Shown here one piece after another: positions 36,262-48,262 of a DNA stretch of 64,000 bases. The notes beneath the pieces were generated by a model. That model was not told the DNA's origin. It saw only the letters and a list, made by a program, of their open reading frames with translations, and did not search any database. This DNA is from Fistulifera solaris (taxonomy: Eukaryota), in contig AP026126.1 in assembly GCA_030295235.1 (NCBI GenBank), forward strand, positions 868,001 to 932,000. Direction: 5' to 3'. The position numbers were made by a program, and so were the translations under genes. Every line of letters starts with the position of its first letter. Position 1 is the first letter of the stretch.

Positions 36262-36589
36262 TGGAGAGAGAACGAAGGAGTGATCTCTGGTAGAAGGGGG
36301 CCGAGACAAGGCAACAATGGTGTTTGTTGCTTGCATGTCGACATTTTTGGGTTCCGTAGAAAATGTACTTTGTTTGTCGTAGACCGGTCCGACGACGGCG
36401 TCGAAACTTTGAAATGTGTTAAAACTTGCAATATTGACTTGTTGAAAAGAATTCTTATGTCTTCAGATCCGTTATGGCTAGCGGAAAAACATTGTGAAGA
36501 GAAAATACAGATGAACGTTGCGCGTGTGATGATAATATAACATCATGAAGTGCGAAAATGACGTGTAGGTGACTTCTCCAACGGAAAAG

Positions 36590-37139
36590 TGCATTTCAGT
36601 CATGAGTCATGAGTCACTTTTCTCCCGAGCAACACTACTACGCTGCTACCAAACTTCCATTTTGATTCTGCCCAATTACCAGGTAGCGGGTGTTTTTGTT
36701 GCATTCAGAAAGCAGTAGCGTTCAGGAGCATTTGCAATACACGCGGCGACGACGACTCATGATGCCGAAAGTCCTTGCGGATCTCTGTTCTTCCGTATTT
36801 ACTATATACCTCAAGTGTTGACTGTTTTTCGCCACGACTGCATTTCAGTCATGAGTCACTTTTCTCCCGAGCAACACTACTACGCTGCTACCAAACTTCC
36901 ATTTTGATTCTGCCCAATTACCAGGTAGCGGGTGTTTTTTGTTTCATTCAGAAAGCAGTAGCGTTCAGGAGCATTTGCAATACACGCGGCGACGACTCAT
37001 GATGCCGAAAGTCCTTGCGGATCTCTGTTCTTTCGTATTTACTATATACCTCAAGTGTTGACTGTTTTTCGCCACGACTGCATTTCAGTCATGAGTCACT
37101 TTTCTCCCGAGCAACGCTACTACGCTGCTACCAAACTTC
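36590..37139 (+). repeat. Near-identical tandem array of a 240-bp unit (2.3 copies: 36590-36838, 36839-37078, 37079-37139)
   Basis: The lines starting at 36781 and 37021 differ by one base, 240 bp apart. Copy 1 carries an extra CATGAGT heptamer and an extra GAC. Confidence 0.97.
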
Positions 37140-37373
37140 GTCAGAAGTCAGAATACAAATCCTAAGCAAAGCAAAGAAACCACAGCATCAATGATGGAAA
37201 AAATTAATCAATCATCATCCGTCACGTAAAGTGCAAATCGTGTGCCTAAGTGCTACGATCTACATGTTTCGACGTGGCTTATGCTGCAAACAGAGATGAT
37301 CGACATCTATCTGTGGTAGTGCCGTACTAGTAACCTTGCAAGGCAATTAACATTGAACGAAACAAAAATACTT

Positions 37374-37562
37374 AGAATATCTGTATGTTGAAATACAACA
37401 TACCCAGAATTCCTGTAGCATATGCAGAATATCTGTATGAAGAAATACACCTTCTACAAAATTTCTGTCCAGAATTTCTGTACCGGGTACTGTACCGGTA
37501 CGGTACCTGGTTTGATGAACAACACCGTCTCCAGAATTTCTGGAACCTCCACAGAATTTCTG
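37374..37562. repeat. Cluster of seven near-palindromic CAGAATTTCTG-type 11-mers interrupted by a GTAC island
   Basis: Copies start at 37374, 37405, 37425, 37457, 37470, 37532 and 37552. Confidence 0.75.
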
Positions 37563-37857
37563 CTTACAAGGCATCGTGCATGATGAACAGGCGACCATGA
37601 TTTTTTAGCGATGAAAATGATGAGCAAGTCTTGGCTAAAAGTTTCATCGTTCGTTTTTAAAAACCTCCTGTCCCCTTCAATCATATTCCTCGAGACTATG
37701 TAAGGATATCTTTCAACTTACTCTCAATAATCAACATTAAAACGATTGTTATCATTGATGATTCAGTTAGTTTGGGTTCGTGAACGCTCCGAATTGCACT
37801 GTCGTCGTCGTTTTGCAAAGAGACTTTGGGTTCAGCGGTAAAACAACACAGACAATT

Positions 37858-38802
37858 ATGACGTTACTGGTACGCAGAGCGTTAGACCAAGTCCGCTTCA
37901 TATTGCTTGCATTGCCGCTCCTCCCTTTGCTCTTTGAAGCAGACTACTCTCAGTATTATGGCAATCGGAAATTACAGGTCGCGTTAGAAACTTTCCATCA
38001 GCTTCCAATTACATATAATGATCAGTTCCCTTTAGATTCGACTGTTCATTGCATCGGTGGAACTTTTGGAACGTTCCAACAAAACGACTGGCTATACCGT
38101 TCTTGTGAATTTCGCAACATTTGCTTCGACCTGGAAGCTCAAGAATTTGTCTTGTTTCCGTCAAAAGAGGAACAACAACTTGCAGACCTTCTCAAAAGAA
38201 ATCCATTGGTCTCGCTGTCAACAGTCAGTTCACCGTCGCTTCATGTTGCGCTTGGTGCAGTAGATCCTCCCGATCCGAGTCAGCTGAATGACCGAGAGAA
38301 AATGCAGGTGCACAAAAAGAACTTAGCGTGGTTTCCTCTGGTGAGGAACACGAAGGTCACCAAAGGATATTACGAGCTCCCTGAATCGCACATTCTGGTC
38401 CCTTTCCAAGAAAACCATCCCATGTCGCCGGATTCCCTCGTCAACAAAGATTTCCTTTCGCTGTTTACCTTGCTTTACGAATTTGGACTCGAATTAAAGA
38501 AGCCGATTTATATCCGGCATGGGAAGAATCTTCCTCTTTGCGACAAGGAGTGCGAAACATTGCTTAAGACTCATTTGCGAATCGACGCGTCCAAGCCGGT
38601 CCTTTCCGGAATCGATCATCGATCCAGCGACTTGGTGTGCGCTAAGTATGGAGTCGCAGGACTAGGTATGCGTATGACAGGAAAGGGTCCTGTTCGTGAG
38701 AAGGATGGCTCTTGGCTTTACACACATACCGTTGGACGCCATGCCACGAAAAGGGTATTTCAGAAATACATGGAAGCTACGGAAACGACTGCACAAATTT
38801 GA
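37858..38802 (+). CDS. Type II membrane protein resembling the N-terminal half of diatom GT61-like glycosyltransferases
   Basis: N-terminal TM anchor; VHC.G......W.YRSCEFRNICFD, GYYELP...LVPF, DFL...TLL..FG and VCAKYGVAGLG motifs. Recalled pattern only. Confidence 0.5.
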   Translation: MTLLVRRALDQVRFILLALPLLPLLFEADYSQYYGNRKLQVALETFHQLPITYNDQFPLDSTVHCIGGTFGTFQQNDWLYRSCEFRNICFDLEAQEFVLFPSKEEQQLADLLKRNPLVSLSTVSSPSLHVALGAVDPPDPSQLNDREKMQVHKKNLAWFPLVRNTKVTKGYYELPESHILVPFQENHPMSPDSLVNKDFLSLFTLLYEFGLELKKPIYIRHGKNLPLCDKECETLLKTHLRIDASKPVLSGIDHRSSDLVCAKYGVAGLGMRMTGKGPVREKDGSWLYTHTVGRHATKRVFQKYMEATETTAQI

Positions 38803-39014
38803 AGAAGACGCGGAAAACCTGCAGCGTATAGAAGATCGAACTTCGACTCACGACGATAATATTCACTGAATCCTTAGAACCAGTTTATCGTTCGTGTGTT
38901 CGTGTGCACCAGTTCTGTGAAACGAATGTCGTAAATTTTTGAAAGCATTACGTAATTCCAAGTAAACAAAGTGTTACGATTATTCACGAAGAACATGAAG
39001 CGAGAAACGGCACC

Positions 39015-40550
39015 TCATAGATCGACCGTATCATTGGAATTGTATGGTCTTATCCATCTCGTTGGTGGAGTGCTAGCTTTCGAAGTTGACCCCGTCGCTA
39101 TAAATGCAGGATAAAAGATCGATTTTTCGCTGCGTGAGTATTTGTTACTGTATTCCCGCAAAATGGCCGAACCTGCAGCGGTCGAAGCGTCGTCAGGAAT
39201 AATATAAGCGCGGTGCATCGAGTTCCCACTGTAGGAATTATCGTCCTTGCTTATGTAACTGTCGTCGTCCATAGTATCCACTGCTTGCGCAAGCGACTCT
39301 TCTGGTCGAATGGTCCCTCGCTCTTGGAGTTTCTCGACATTTAGAGTCTCTTTTCGTCGCTTGCGATACGAGACTGCGACAACAAAGACAACAATTACGG
39401 CCGCAGCCGCTACAGCCGCGACACCCGCAACAAGTGGACCTCTGTTGATGTAACTGTCTGAAGTGACTTCTCCTTCAACACCTGACGTGCCCTGTTCTAC
39501 TTCGTCTATTTCAGGATTACCACCATATGTCGGAACCCCTGAATCATCAGCGTTTGTAAAGCCCTCGAAATTTATCACAACAATCTCATTCTGCGGACCT
39601 TGCAACAGTCCGCTACTGAAAAAAGCCGTCGAGGAAAGGTCCAAACGCCTGAGTGACTCGCAAATCTGCCGTCTGTTGCAGTCGACGAGCATTGATATGG
39701 TAAAAGATCTCGACAGTAAAGGCAGCGTCGATTAAAAAGCAAGGAGCAGCACCCCCATCCTCCACCTCGCAAGATCTCAGGACAGCATCCTTGGGAAGGG
39801 AATCGATGGAACGGATTTTTAAAAGGCAAAGTGGTCAAGTTTCTATACGGACAAACAAGAAGTTCTGCAGTGATATTGTTATGTAGTTCGCTTTCGACAT
39901 AATTCAGGACGGTATCCCGGTTCGCGTTTTCCCGCAAGAAAACCTTGTATTGGAACTCGACTACTTGCTCCGTCACATCGGAGGTGTTTTCGGGAATTTC
40001 TGCCACGCAATCGGTGATGTGTTCCATACTTCCGTCTTCTCGTTCATTCACAACTGTTTCAATCAAATACGTCGGGGATGAGGAAGGGGCATACGAATCA
40101 GTCGGAACAAGAGAAGGCTGAACGGATGGTTCTGCACCAATGTGAGACTTGAGGTATCGATAGAAAGAAAAAAGACATTGGAAACTCGAGAGGGCTGTTA
40201 CCTTGACTGGGCATATTTGTCGGAATGTTCGAAGGCAAAATGGACGGCATTTGCGTTGGTGTCATGGTAGGAATCGCCGAGGGTATCAGGGAAGGATATT
40301 CCGATGGAGAAGCGGACGCCATGGCGCTGGGAAGAGAACTAGGTGCCGGTGAAGATGACGGACGAAGACTATTCGAAGGCGCGCTCGATGGTACATCGAT
40401 TTTGTGGCTCAGCTTTCGACTCCTCCTATTATCGCCTTTATCGAATACATCACTCAATCCGAATGTAACACCACGGATACCGTAAACTCTGTGCTCTAAC
40501 AGGCTAAAATAGATTAGGGCTATCCATGCTGATCGTTGATGGTAATACAT
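39015..40550 (-). CDS. Single-pass cell-surface protein with PS/PT-rich mucin-like repeats
   Basis: Signal peptide, PSxxPS repeats, Cys-containing domain, TM (LVAGVAAVAAAAVIVVFVVAV) followed by RKRRK. Intron ~40120-40201 and frameshifts. Confidence 0.7.
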
Positions 40551-41148
40551 TTTGAATGAAAATGAAAACGTCGAGGAAACGTTGCTGAAGACGCTTTGCG
40601 CGATGTGTATCTCCAAGATCCACTACAAGTGCGTTCACTTTTGAGAAGAACCACTAACGCTGTTCGTTCCTGCAGCTGCAAGGTTCCTTATCAAACAAGA
40701 GAAAAGAATCAACTTCTTATTACGAAGGATACAGTCGATAAAACAAATGCGGAAGACTTACCATAAGACTTGGACTTTCGAAAACGAGAATGGAAAAATG
40801 GCGGGGTTCAGTCGCACGAAAAAGCGTCCGCGCGTTCAACGGACAAAAGAAGACGTTTGACATTTACAAAGCAATGGTTGCCGAGCGCGACAAACAAAGG
40901 GTCGAGATTGGAGATTGAAGATTGAAGGGTTGTTGATCACGATTGTGACATCATCGCAGAGTCTCACGTGCTGTGATTGAGGATGATTCCTGAAACCACC
41001 CTCCAACACTCCAAACAAAAACATAGGAGTCAACTCCTTTGCTCTAAATCTCAAATCCGACCATGCGCCTCAATAAAGAATAGGAGATACGTAAAAAAGC
41101 ATCAATAAATCAACGATCAATAGAGAACGCATCGCAAAAAACTAAGCA

Positions 41149-44100
41149 ATGACATCCATGACTTACGAATTCCCGCTATCGGTAGAAGAGGCTGGGGCTT
41201 TGTTAGGGGCGACCATCACGAGGTGCGGCAAGGAGACATTTCCTTTAATAACTCCCCCAAAGGGGATGCACAGTTCCTTTGCAACAACACTGCCTGTTCC
41301 TTCTTCGGAGATCTTGAACCGTCTGTATGATTTACGAGCGCTGCTGCGTTCGACGCCCTCCAACGAACCAGTGACTGCCGCTCCATCGCTTTTGGCTGTT
41401 CTCATGAAAGTAATTGGTGTTTCGACGTCTTTGGCCGCTGCTGCGGCTCCTTCGAATCCAGCCGTCCGACGTCTGGAAACTCCCCCATTGTTTTCAACCC
41501 CTCTTCGAAAATTATGGGTCGACTGTGTGGTTCTCTGTCACGTACGGGGTATCGAATTGACCGGGACGGCCAAAATTGACACCACTCAATTCATTCGACG
41601 CATGCTGGCCTTGGCGACGACCAATCCACGTTCCGCCAAAGCAGCGGGCGGAGTCCGGATCGCGGCATTGCAAGTGGTAGAGGCGCTGTTGTGTGACGAA
41701 ACCAGCCCCAAAATTGCGTCGCAGCTGGCTCCGTGGACCTTGGAAATATTTCAGGTATCGTTGAAAGCACTAAGATCCGCCGGGAACGGCGAACCGACGT
41801 ATCGTATCGCTGCAGTACGCATGGCGTGTGCTGCCACGATGGCGTGTCGGCATGCTTCATTGAAAACGAGAGGATTGCAAGGCAATGAGCGCTTAGTGAT
41901 ACAAGGTGGGATGGAAGACAAAGCCATCCACGAAGCCATCAAGATTTTGAAACAAGCAGTGACAGACAAATTTCCCGAGGTACGAAGTGCGGCAACTGCA
42001 TTTGCGGCAGCTCTGCCGCCATTTCTATTCCTGGCGAGTGGAGGTGCGGATGTGGCGTTGACGACCAGTTGCCTAGATGAAGTGATGCATCTTGCCATGA
42101 AGAACTTAGATGACGAAGCACCACTGGTATCAGATGGCTGGGCCGACGTACTAGCTCGATGTATATGCACAGCACTTCAGTATCACCAACAAAACAAAGC
42201 GGCGACGAGCTCTGATAAGCGAGACGAAGCCACCGAAGGTGACGGACGTGCAACGACCACGCCGGATGCTGGCAATCGATATGCATCTCGAAAAAATGTG
42301 GGGCTTTCTGCGTCGTTTACCAACGTAAAAACCTGTATGGGATACCTTGTTGATCAATTTATCAAAGTGGGTGGAGAGCTAGCCGCGGTTCGCGCTGGTG
42401 GTACATTTTCCATTGGCGGTAGAGCTGTTCGAATGGGGTACACACTGGCCATCACCAAGTTTGTTGGTTTGCAGTACGAAATGGGTTCGATCGGAGATGG
42501 GCGTTTGCTTAGTATCAGAGATCTCATGATTTCTGTTCTTGAGATGGTTGGACCAGAGGTAGAGAAGCAAGTGCAAGACCCGTCCATTTCCGAAGGCAGT
42601 AGTGGATCTGTTACGCCGCTTTTTGGTAGCCCACGGACATGGTCAAGGTGTGATTCAATGCTAGTGCGTATCTCTGCTAGCAGAGTTATACGACGTGGTC
42701 TGGTGGAGCTGGCTCCGGAACCGGTTCAGATCTCAGTCTTGCAAACCATAGTTGACATCTTGGGCACATCAGCTTCGGGTGAGCATGGCATTGTCCCCCT
42801 CCAACTCAATAGCTGTCAAACACAGGTTGTCGTCATTGAAATCAGTCATATCTTAACAGCTCTCAGAGATGCTGCTCAGTCCAAAATCGGAGAAATTGCA
42901 GAGTGCCTGAAGTCGCGCTTGTCTCATGAAGAACTTGCTGTACGACATGAGGCCGCCGTTGCGTTGGCATCACTGACAAATGTTTTCCCCTCGGAGGGTA
43001 GAAAGCTTGCTTGGGATTTATTAGATGAGTTTCAGAAACAACATGCGCAGCTTGTTACTGTCGCGTCGACGCGCGAGAATGGACCTGAAGGTACTCCTGG
43101 CGGGCGCTTCTTCCGACGATCTACGAAGGCTGCAGCGGTGGACCCGACCATTCCTCACCAAAGCGCTATCCATGGGATAGCATTGACAGTTTCACTGATT
43201 ATCAAGATGCTCCCTGGTCTTCCTGGAGGTTTACCAGCTAAACTATTATCAGCAGCTCTCGCCGCAGCAGAAGTTCTGATGTCATGTCGACAGAATGAGG
43301 TTCTTTGCTTCTCGTCCCCCGCATCTGTTTGTTTTTGTGTCCGTGCCGGATGTAATATCATATCAGGGATTCTCGCGGCTGGTATAGATGGCATAGATGC
43401 TCATATTCCTCTGGTTTTCAAATCATGTCAGACTGTTTGCAATCTGGCCAAAGAGGGCAGCAAAGGAGTGGCTCCAGTGCATGACGTGTTTTGCATTGAT
43501 TCTGTTCTGAGCGCTATTGTTGTTTTTCTTACGTACAATTCGGTACTTCTACTTTCGGTACCCGATGCTCTCACACAAATTACATTGATGTTAGAAGGCG
43601 CATTGACATTGTTCGCTACCGACGGCCGCTTTGCTACAATTGAACAATCTACTCGCGTGACTGTTGCTCTCGACAGCGCGAAAGCGTCCTTACTCGAGGC
43701 TTTCGCATGGCTTCCCTCTGGGACATTCCCTATAGCAGCTGACGAGGTTTCTCGTCTGGCAGCAAGCCAGATAAGAGAAGCTATTGATAGCGACATCACG
43801 TGTTCTATCTTACCATCGATGGTCAACCGAGAGGATCATATTTTAGACGCTAAAACATTTTCGAGAGCCAGGCTTGGTGGTCAAGTCGGAGGGTTTCTTG
43901 ACCTGGAGGAAACATTGATAACGCTCAATGCCGACGTAGCTCTCCACGGTGATCGGGAATCCATATCATTACTTCTTGAGCACGATCTCGGAGGTAAACA
44001 AGACAATCATAACAGTACCTTTAGAGGAAGTCAAATTCTTGGAAGAGCACTCAACGCGGCACATTCACACAAACCACCGACACCACTTCATGAAGTAGGG

Positions 44101-47100
44101 ACATGGCGCCGACCACTAGATCCTTCTTGTGCGGGAAAAGTTCGGCTAACTGATGCCGCTATACAGGCCTTTGCTGCCACCTTCGGCCTCAAAAGTGGAC
44201 ATGAGCAACAGGAAGCAATGGATATGCTCGAGTCGTTGGTTCCACCTCTTCTTATGCAACTAGCTCGAAGTTTGGGAATGACTCCTGCTTTGACAGATCA
44301 TAATTTTCGGTCGAAGGTAAGTTGATTCCGATAAATGCAGTAAAGTCGATGAAGCTAACATTTATTCTATTTAGGCCAAAGAGGACAGTTCTGCGGTTGA
44401 AAACATTATGGCTGTGATACTTTCTTGCCTGCAGGCTCTTCCCCTTCATGACTCTACCCATAATATTTCAATTAGGTTGTGCCCTCCGTGGATGAACAAA
44501 GCCAAGGATCTTCTTTTGGCTTTGCTCCCTTCACCGTCTACTGTCGTTCGTCGAGCAGCGGCGGAGGGTCTAGCATTGTTGGCGACTGTTGGCGTTTCCG
44601 AAGATGGGCATTTTTGCAGAGCGCCGTTCTCCATTCACTTGACGAGGTAATGCAGGGGAACAAACCTGACGGAAAACCTCGTTCGCTTTCATTAGATTCT
44701 GTTTCAGCAGCGAGAGCCGGGTCTCTTTAACCTTAGCCTTCATTCAGCGCACCAACTATACCGTGATAAAACGGAAACAGCAGCGAGCGGTATCTAGAGT
44801 ATCGAATGAAAGCAGTGAGGTATCAAAGACGGAAAGCAATTTACCAGTATTTCAAATGATGACAAGAATATTGCCATCGGTCGCAAGTCATGGCAGACGG
44901 GATTACTTCACTGTGAGAACGTGTGCCTTGCATGCTTTCGCCATTCTCGTCACGTATTCTGGTCGCTTGGACAAGCACACAGTCGACTCCATGCAATTAC
45001 TTCGAAAAGGAGTAGAACTCATCGAGGAAAACTTTGTGTCCTCTTGGACAGCTTCTTCAACAGATTACGATAGAGGACAGGAAGGGGAGAGAATGACGTC
45101 CGAGGTGTCATTCCTCGTTGTGCTTCTTCGCTTCATGACATGTTACGTTCCGTACATCGAAAATCTCAAAGCCGAAGATCCGAACATAGCTCGTCGCTTC
45201 TGCGTTATTGCAACACTGGTGCTTGAACTCCAAGGCTCCCATCCCGCAGTTTTCGCAGAGGCTATGGCTTTTTTTGAGGTAATGGCTTCCAACACGCATC
45301 TCTTACCATCCCCTGCAATGCACGTTCTGTATTCCGAGAATCCACTCTTTTCTTGCATCCCGCGCATCTTGGAGACATTGGTACCACATCGGTATGGTGT
45401 TTTAGCCCCGCACGGTGGTTATTTGACTTCTTCGTGTGCAATGCCACGCGCCGCAATCTACGCTGCAATGGCCCTCTCAGTCAGAAATATTTCCCTTGTT
45501 AGATGGACAGATATGAAAATTGTTTCGCTATTATTCGCAGCAATGGATTTTGCTTGTTCCTCGCACCGTTATCCTCTCGCCGAGACCACCCGCTCCCTTG
45601 CGACTTGCCGAGAGGTGGAAGAATATTTTTCATGGAAGGAAAGCTTCGAGTTAGAGATTTTGTCCACAGTCAAAGCCATGTTTTCATCGGAACGGGTACT
45701 GACTTCGTATCAGCCTGTTTTCCATCTGCGATGGATACTCTTATGCCGCGCTGTATTAGCTGGCGGTTCCTCCAAATCAATTCCTGATAACAATGATGGA
45801 TACACTCGTCTTTCCATTGTGAACTCGGCAAATAAACAGGCTTCCGATGACTTTGCGGTGGTATCGAATTGCGTGTCTGCTGTCCGTTGGCAAGTAAAAC
45901 TCTTGGCGTCATCTTTAGTGCTTGAAGTGACTAGAGATTTTATCCAAGTATGCTCAAAGAGCGAACCCAACTATCAACAGAATGCTCATTTCGATTTTCG
46001 AGCAGCAGAGGATCAGTGCCGTCTCGAGTGCCAAGACGCGAAGAAAGCAGAACGCTCCGTTCCTAGCTCCAAGCTGGTCTTTCACTTGGAGGAGCTCATA
46101 GCCTCTGCATGCATGAACTGTGTAGCAACGGCAGATCACGCTGAACTTTTCCCCATACAAGAAGTATCAATCCGCTGGCTAAACGAATTGACAAAACCTT
46201 TTCATACAGTACATGATCCGGACGAGCCGGACTCTAGAATTTTGGAGCAATACTTGACGCAAATATTCTCAGCAGTTAAACATGCCCTCAGTGCGCACGA
46301 AGAAAGCCAGACATCTGGCGCACGTCGCTTGTTCATTGCTGGTTGCGAAGTCCTGGAGACAATGCTATCGAAACAAGTGACAACTGACCCTCTCGTCATA
46401 AAGCGTTTACTCAGACCAACTATGATGTTGAATGTTCCTCGTTTCGGATACTTTGATTCGTATCCCAAAGACGTTGTTAAGGCCGCGGTCGAAAAGGAGC
46501 ATTCTGAGACGCAATCCGCTTTGTTGCCGATTATCGGGAAGCTTTGGTTGTCTGGGATGATTCTCACAAAACATACACACCCTTCATTTAGAAAGGTGTC
46601 CGACGAGCTCATCAAAGACAAGGTCGGACTCGCTATCCACTCGGCTGCAGCGGCTATTGATGGAGCCCGTCTTTTAACCGAAGCGAAGGTTTCCCTGGTT
46701 GGATTACCGGTTGCTCCTTCCGATGACATCGGCGAGGTATCTGGATTCGGTTTCTTTTTATTCAAGCGCGCCGATAGCATCGACGACTCCGTAAAAAAGA
46801 GCCTCGTGCAGCATTGGCCATCTCTCGCTAGAAACTCTCTTACACACCTCTTGGCAGAATTATCATCAAGCGAAAGCAATGCAGAGACAAATGTTATCTG
46901 TTTGTCCTGGTTACGTGTACTGATTCCGTTGATCATGCAAGGAAGCTTTGACGCCATGGCTGCACTAGAGTCCAATATCCAAGGCGAAGGTCTCGACACG
47001 ACAGAATTATCAACTACGTCACTTCACTTACGCGACACGCTTGTAAACTGTCTAGGCAGCCTGTCACTGATCGTTGATGCTAATAATAGTACTGCGGATT

Positions 47101-48262
47101 GCTGTGAGATTGTTCGGCTAGATGACATCGTGGACCGATTGCGTGATACGATCATTACGTCCTTTCTTGAAACTGTTACCCAAACGAACAACAAATATCA
47201 GAAACAGGTACTAGATGAAGAAGTGATGGGTGCAACTAGCAAGCTACTTTTGATTCTGTGTTCGTCGACGTCCGAAATTATGACAACGGATGCTCCCCTG
47301 GTTGCATCTATTCTCATACCACTAAAGTACGTCCAGGACGGACTTTTGTCTTGGGAACAGAGTTTGATCGGAGATCTTGTGATTTCAAGTTTCAAATGTG
47401 CAACTGCCTTGATTAGAACTGGGAGAGCAAACGACACTTTTGTCAAGACACTGCTCCACTTTGTTTTGAACGAATTATCACAATTGAGAAGTAACTCTGA
47501 GTTAGTGGCTAACGCAGCATCTGATCTTGTTCGAGCATGTATGGATTGCCACTTTATTTCGCTTCCTCAAAGAAGCGCTTTGGCGGAAAGCTTTGCTGCG
47601 AACGAAAACTGGGAACCATGGGAAGTGTCTGCATCAGTGGAGAGCGGTAGCGTTGTTGCAGCAAGTCTGAAGACTGTCAAGGAAAAGTTAAAAGACTTTG
47701 CAAATCCCCCGTCGCAGTTAGCAGCTGTAACTGCTTTGAGAAATGCATTGCTGGACCCCTTGGTCAAAAATGATGTAAAGGGGTTATTGTTTAATGAGCT
47801 TGGAGGTTCTGTGGCCGGTATTTTCAATGAGTATGGTTCACATGGTGGTCTGGATGTGGACGACACGGTTCGATCTGATCTCTTCGCTGCTTCCATGAAG
47901 ATTTTACTGATTGCTTACCAGACGCTGTCAGATGATGGTGATGAAGCGATGTCAACATTTCTGGCCCTATTTTTTCAAGCTCAACTTGGTGCTTTGCGGT
48001 GCAATGGACTTCCAAATCATCCTACTGCGACACCAGGTGGAAATCCTATCCTAGGACGCATGTGCGCGCAGTCGATTTTGCATATTGCCAAAACAACACC
48101 GCATCCATTCAAAGAGACAATTTCTAGATTCGCTGAACACGATCGTGCCTTGCTTGAATTTTCCGTGCGAGCGGAGATGAATGGATATACAACGGCAAGC
48201 TCGCATGTGCAACCAGAAGAAAAGAAGAAAAAGCTAAGTATCAAAGGCTTCCAAAAAATAAG
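41149..48262 (+). CDS. HEATR5: HEATR5/Laa1/SWEETIE-like large HEAT-repeat protein (~2300 aa)
   Basis: HEAT repeats (AVTDKFPEVRSAA, VRHEAAVALASL, VVRRAAAEGLALL) and C-terminal ILHIAK..P..FK......R..LE..VR. Intron ~44317-44374. The probable true stop is at ~48261 after an A-run indel. Confidence 0.75.

Noticed and set aside
36756..36770. CTCATGA-tgcc-GAAA resembling a hammerhead ribozyme core in the 240-bp unit
   Set aside because: The invariant G5 of CUGANGA is C, there is no stem II, and the motif is absent from the other copies.
36820..36880. Hairpin followed by GGCGAA on the reverse strand, like HDV ribozyme P4-J4/2
   Set aside because: No P1/P3/L3 elements were found, and the would-be catalytic C is not conserved in other copies.
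36775..37002. 75-aa ORF in the tandem array, and ORFs in the 35.8-36.5-kb repeats
   Set aside because: Non-ATG starts or no motifs, and the frames are not preserved between repeat copies.
37374..37562. CRISPR-like array
   Set aside because: Repeats are only 11 bp, spacers are irregular (about 2-51 bp), there are no cas genes and the context is eukaryotic.
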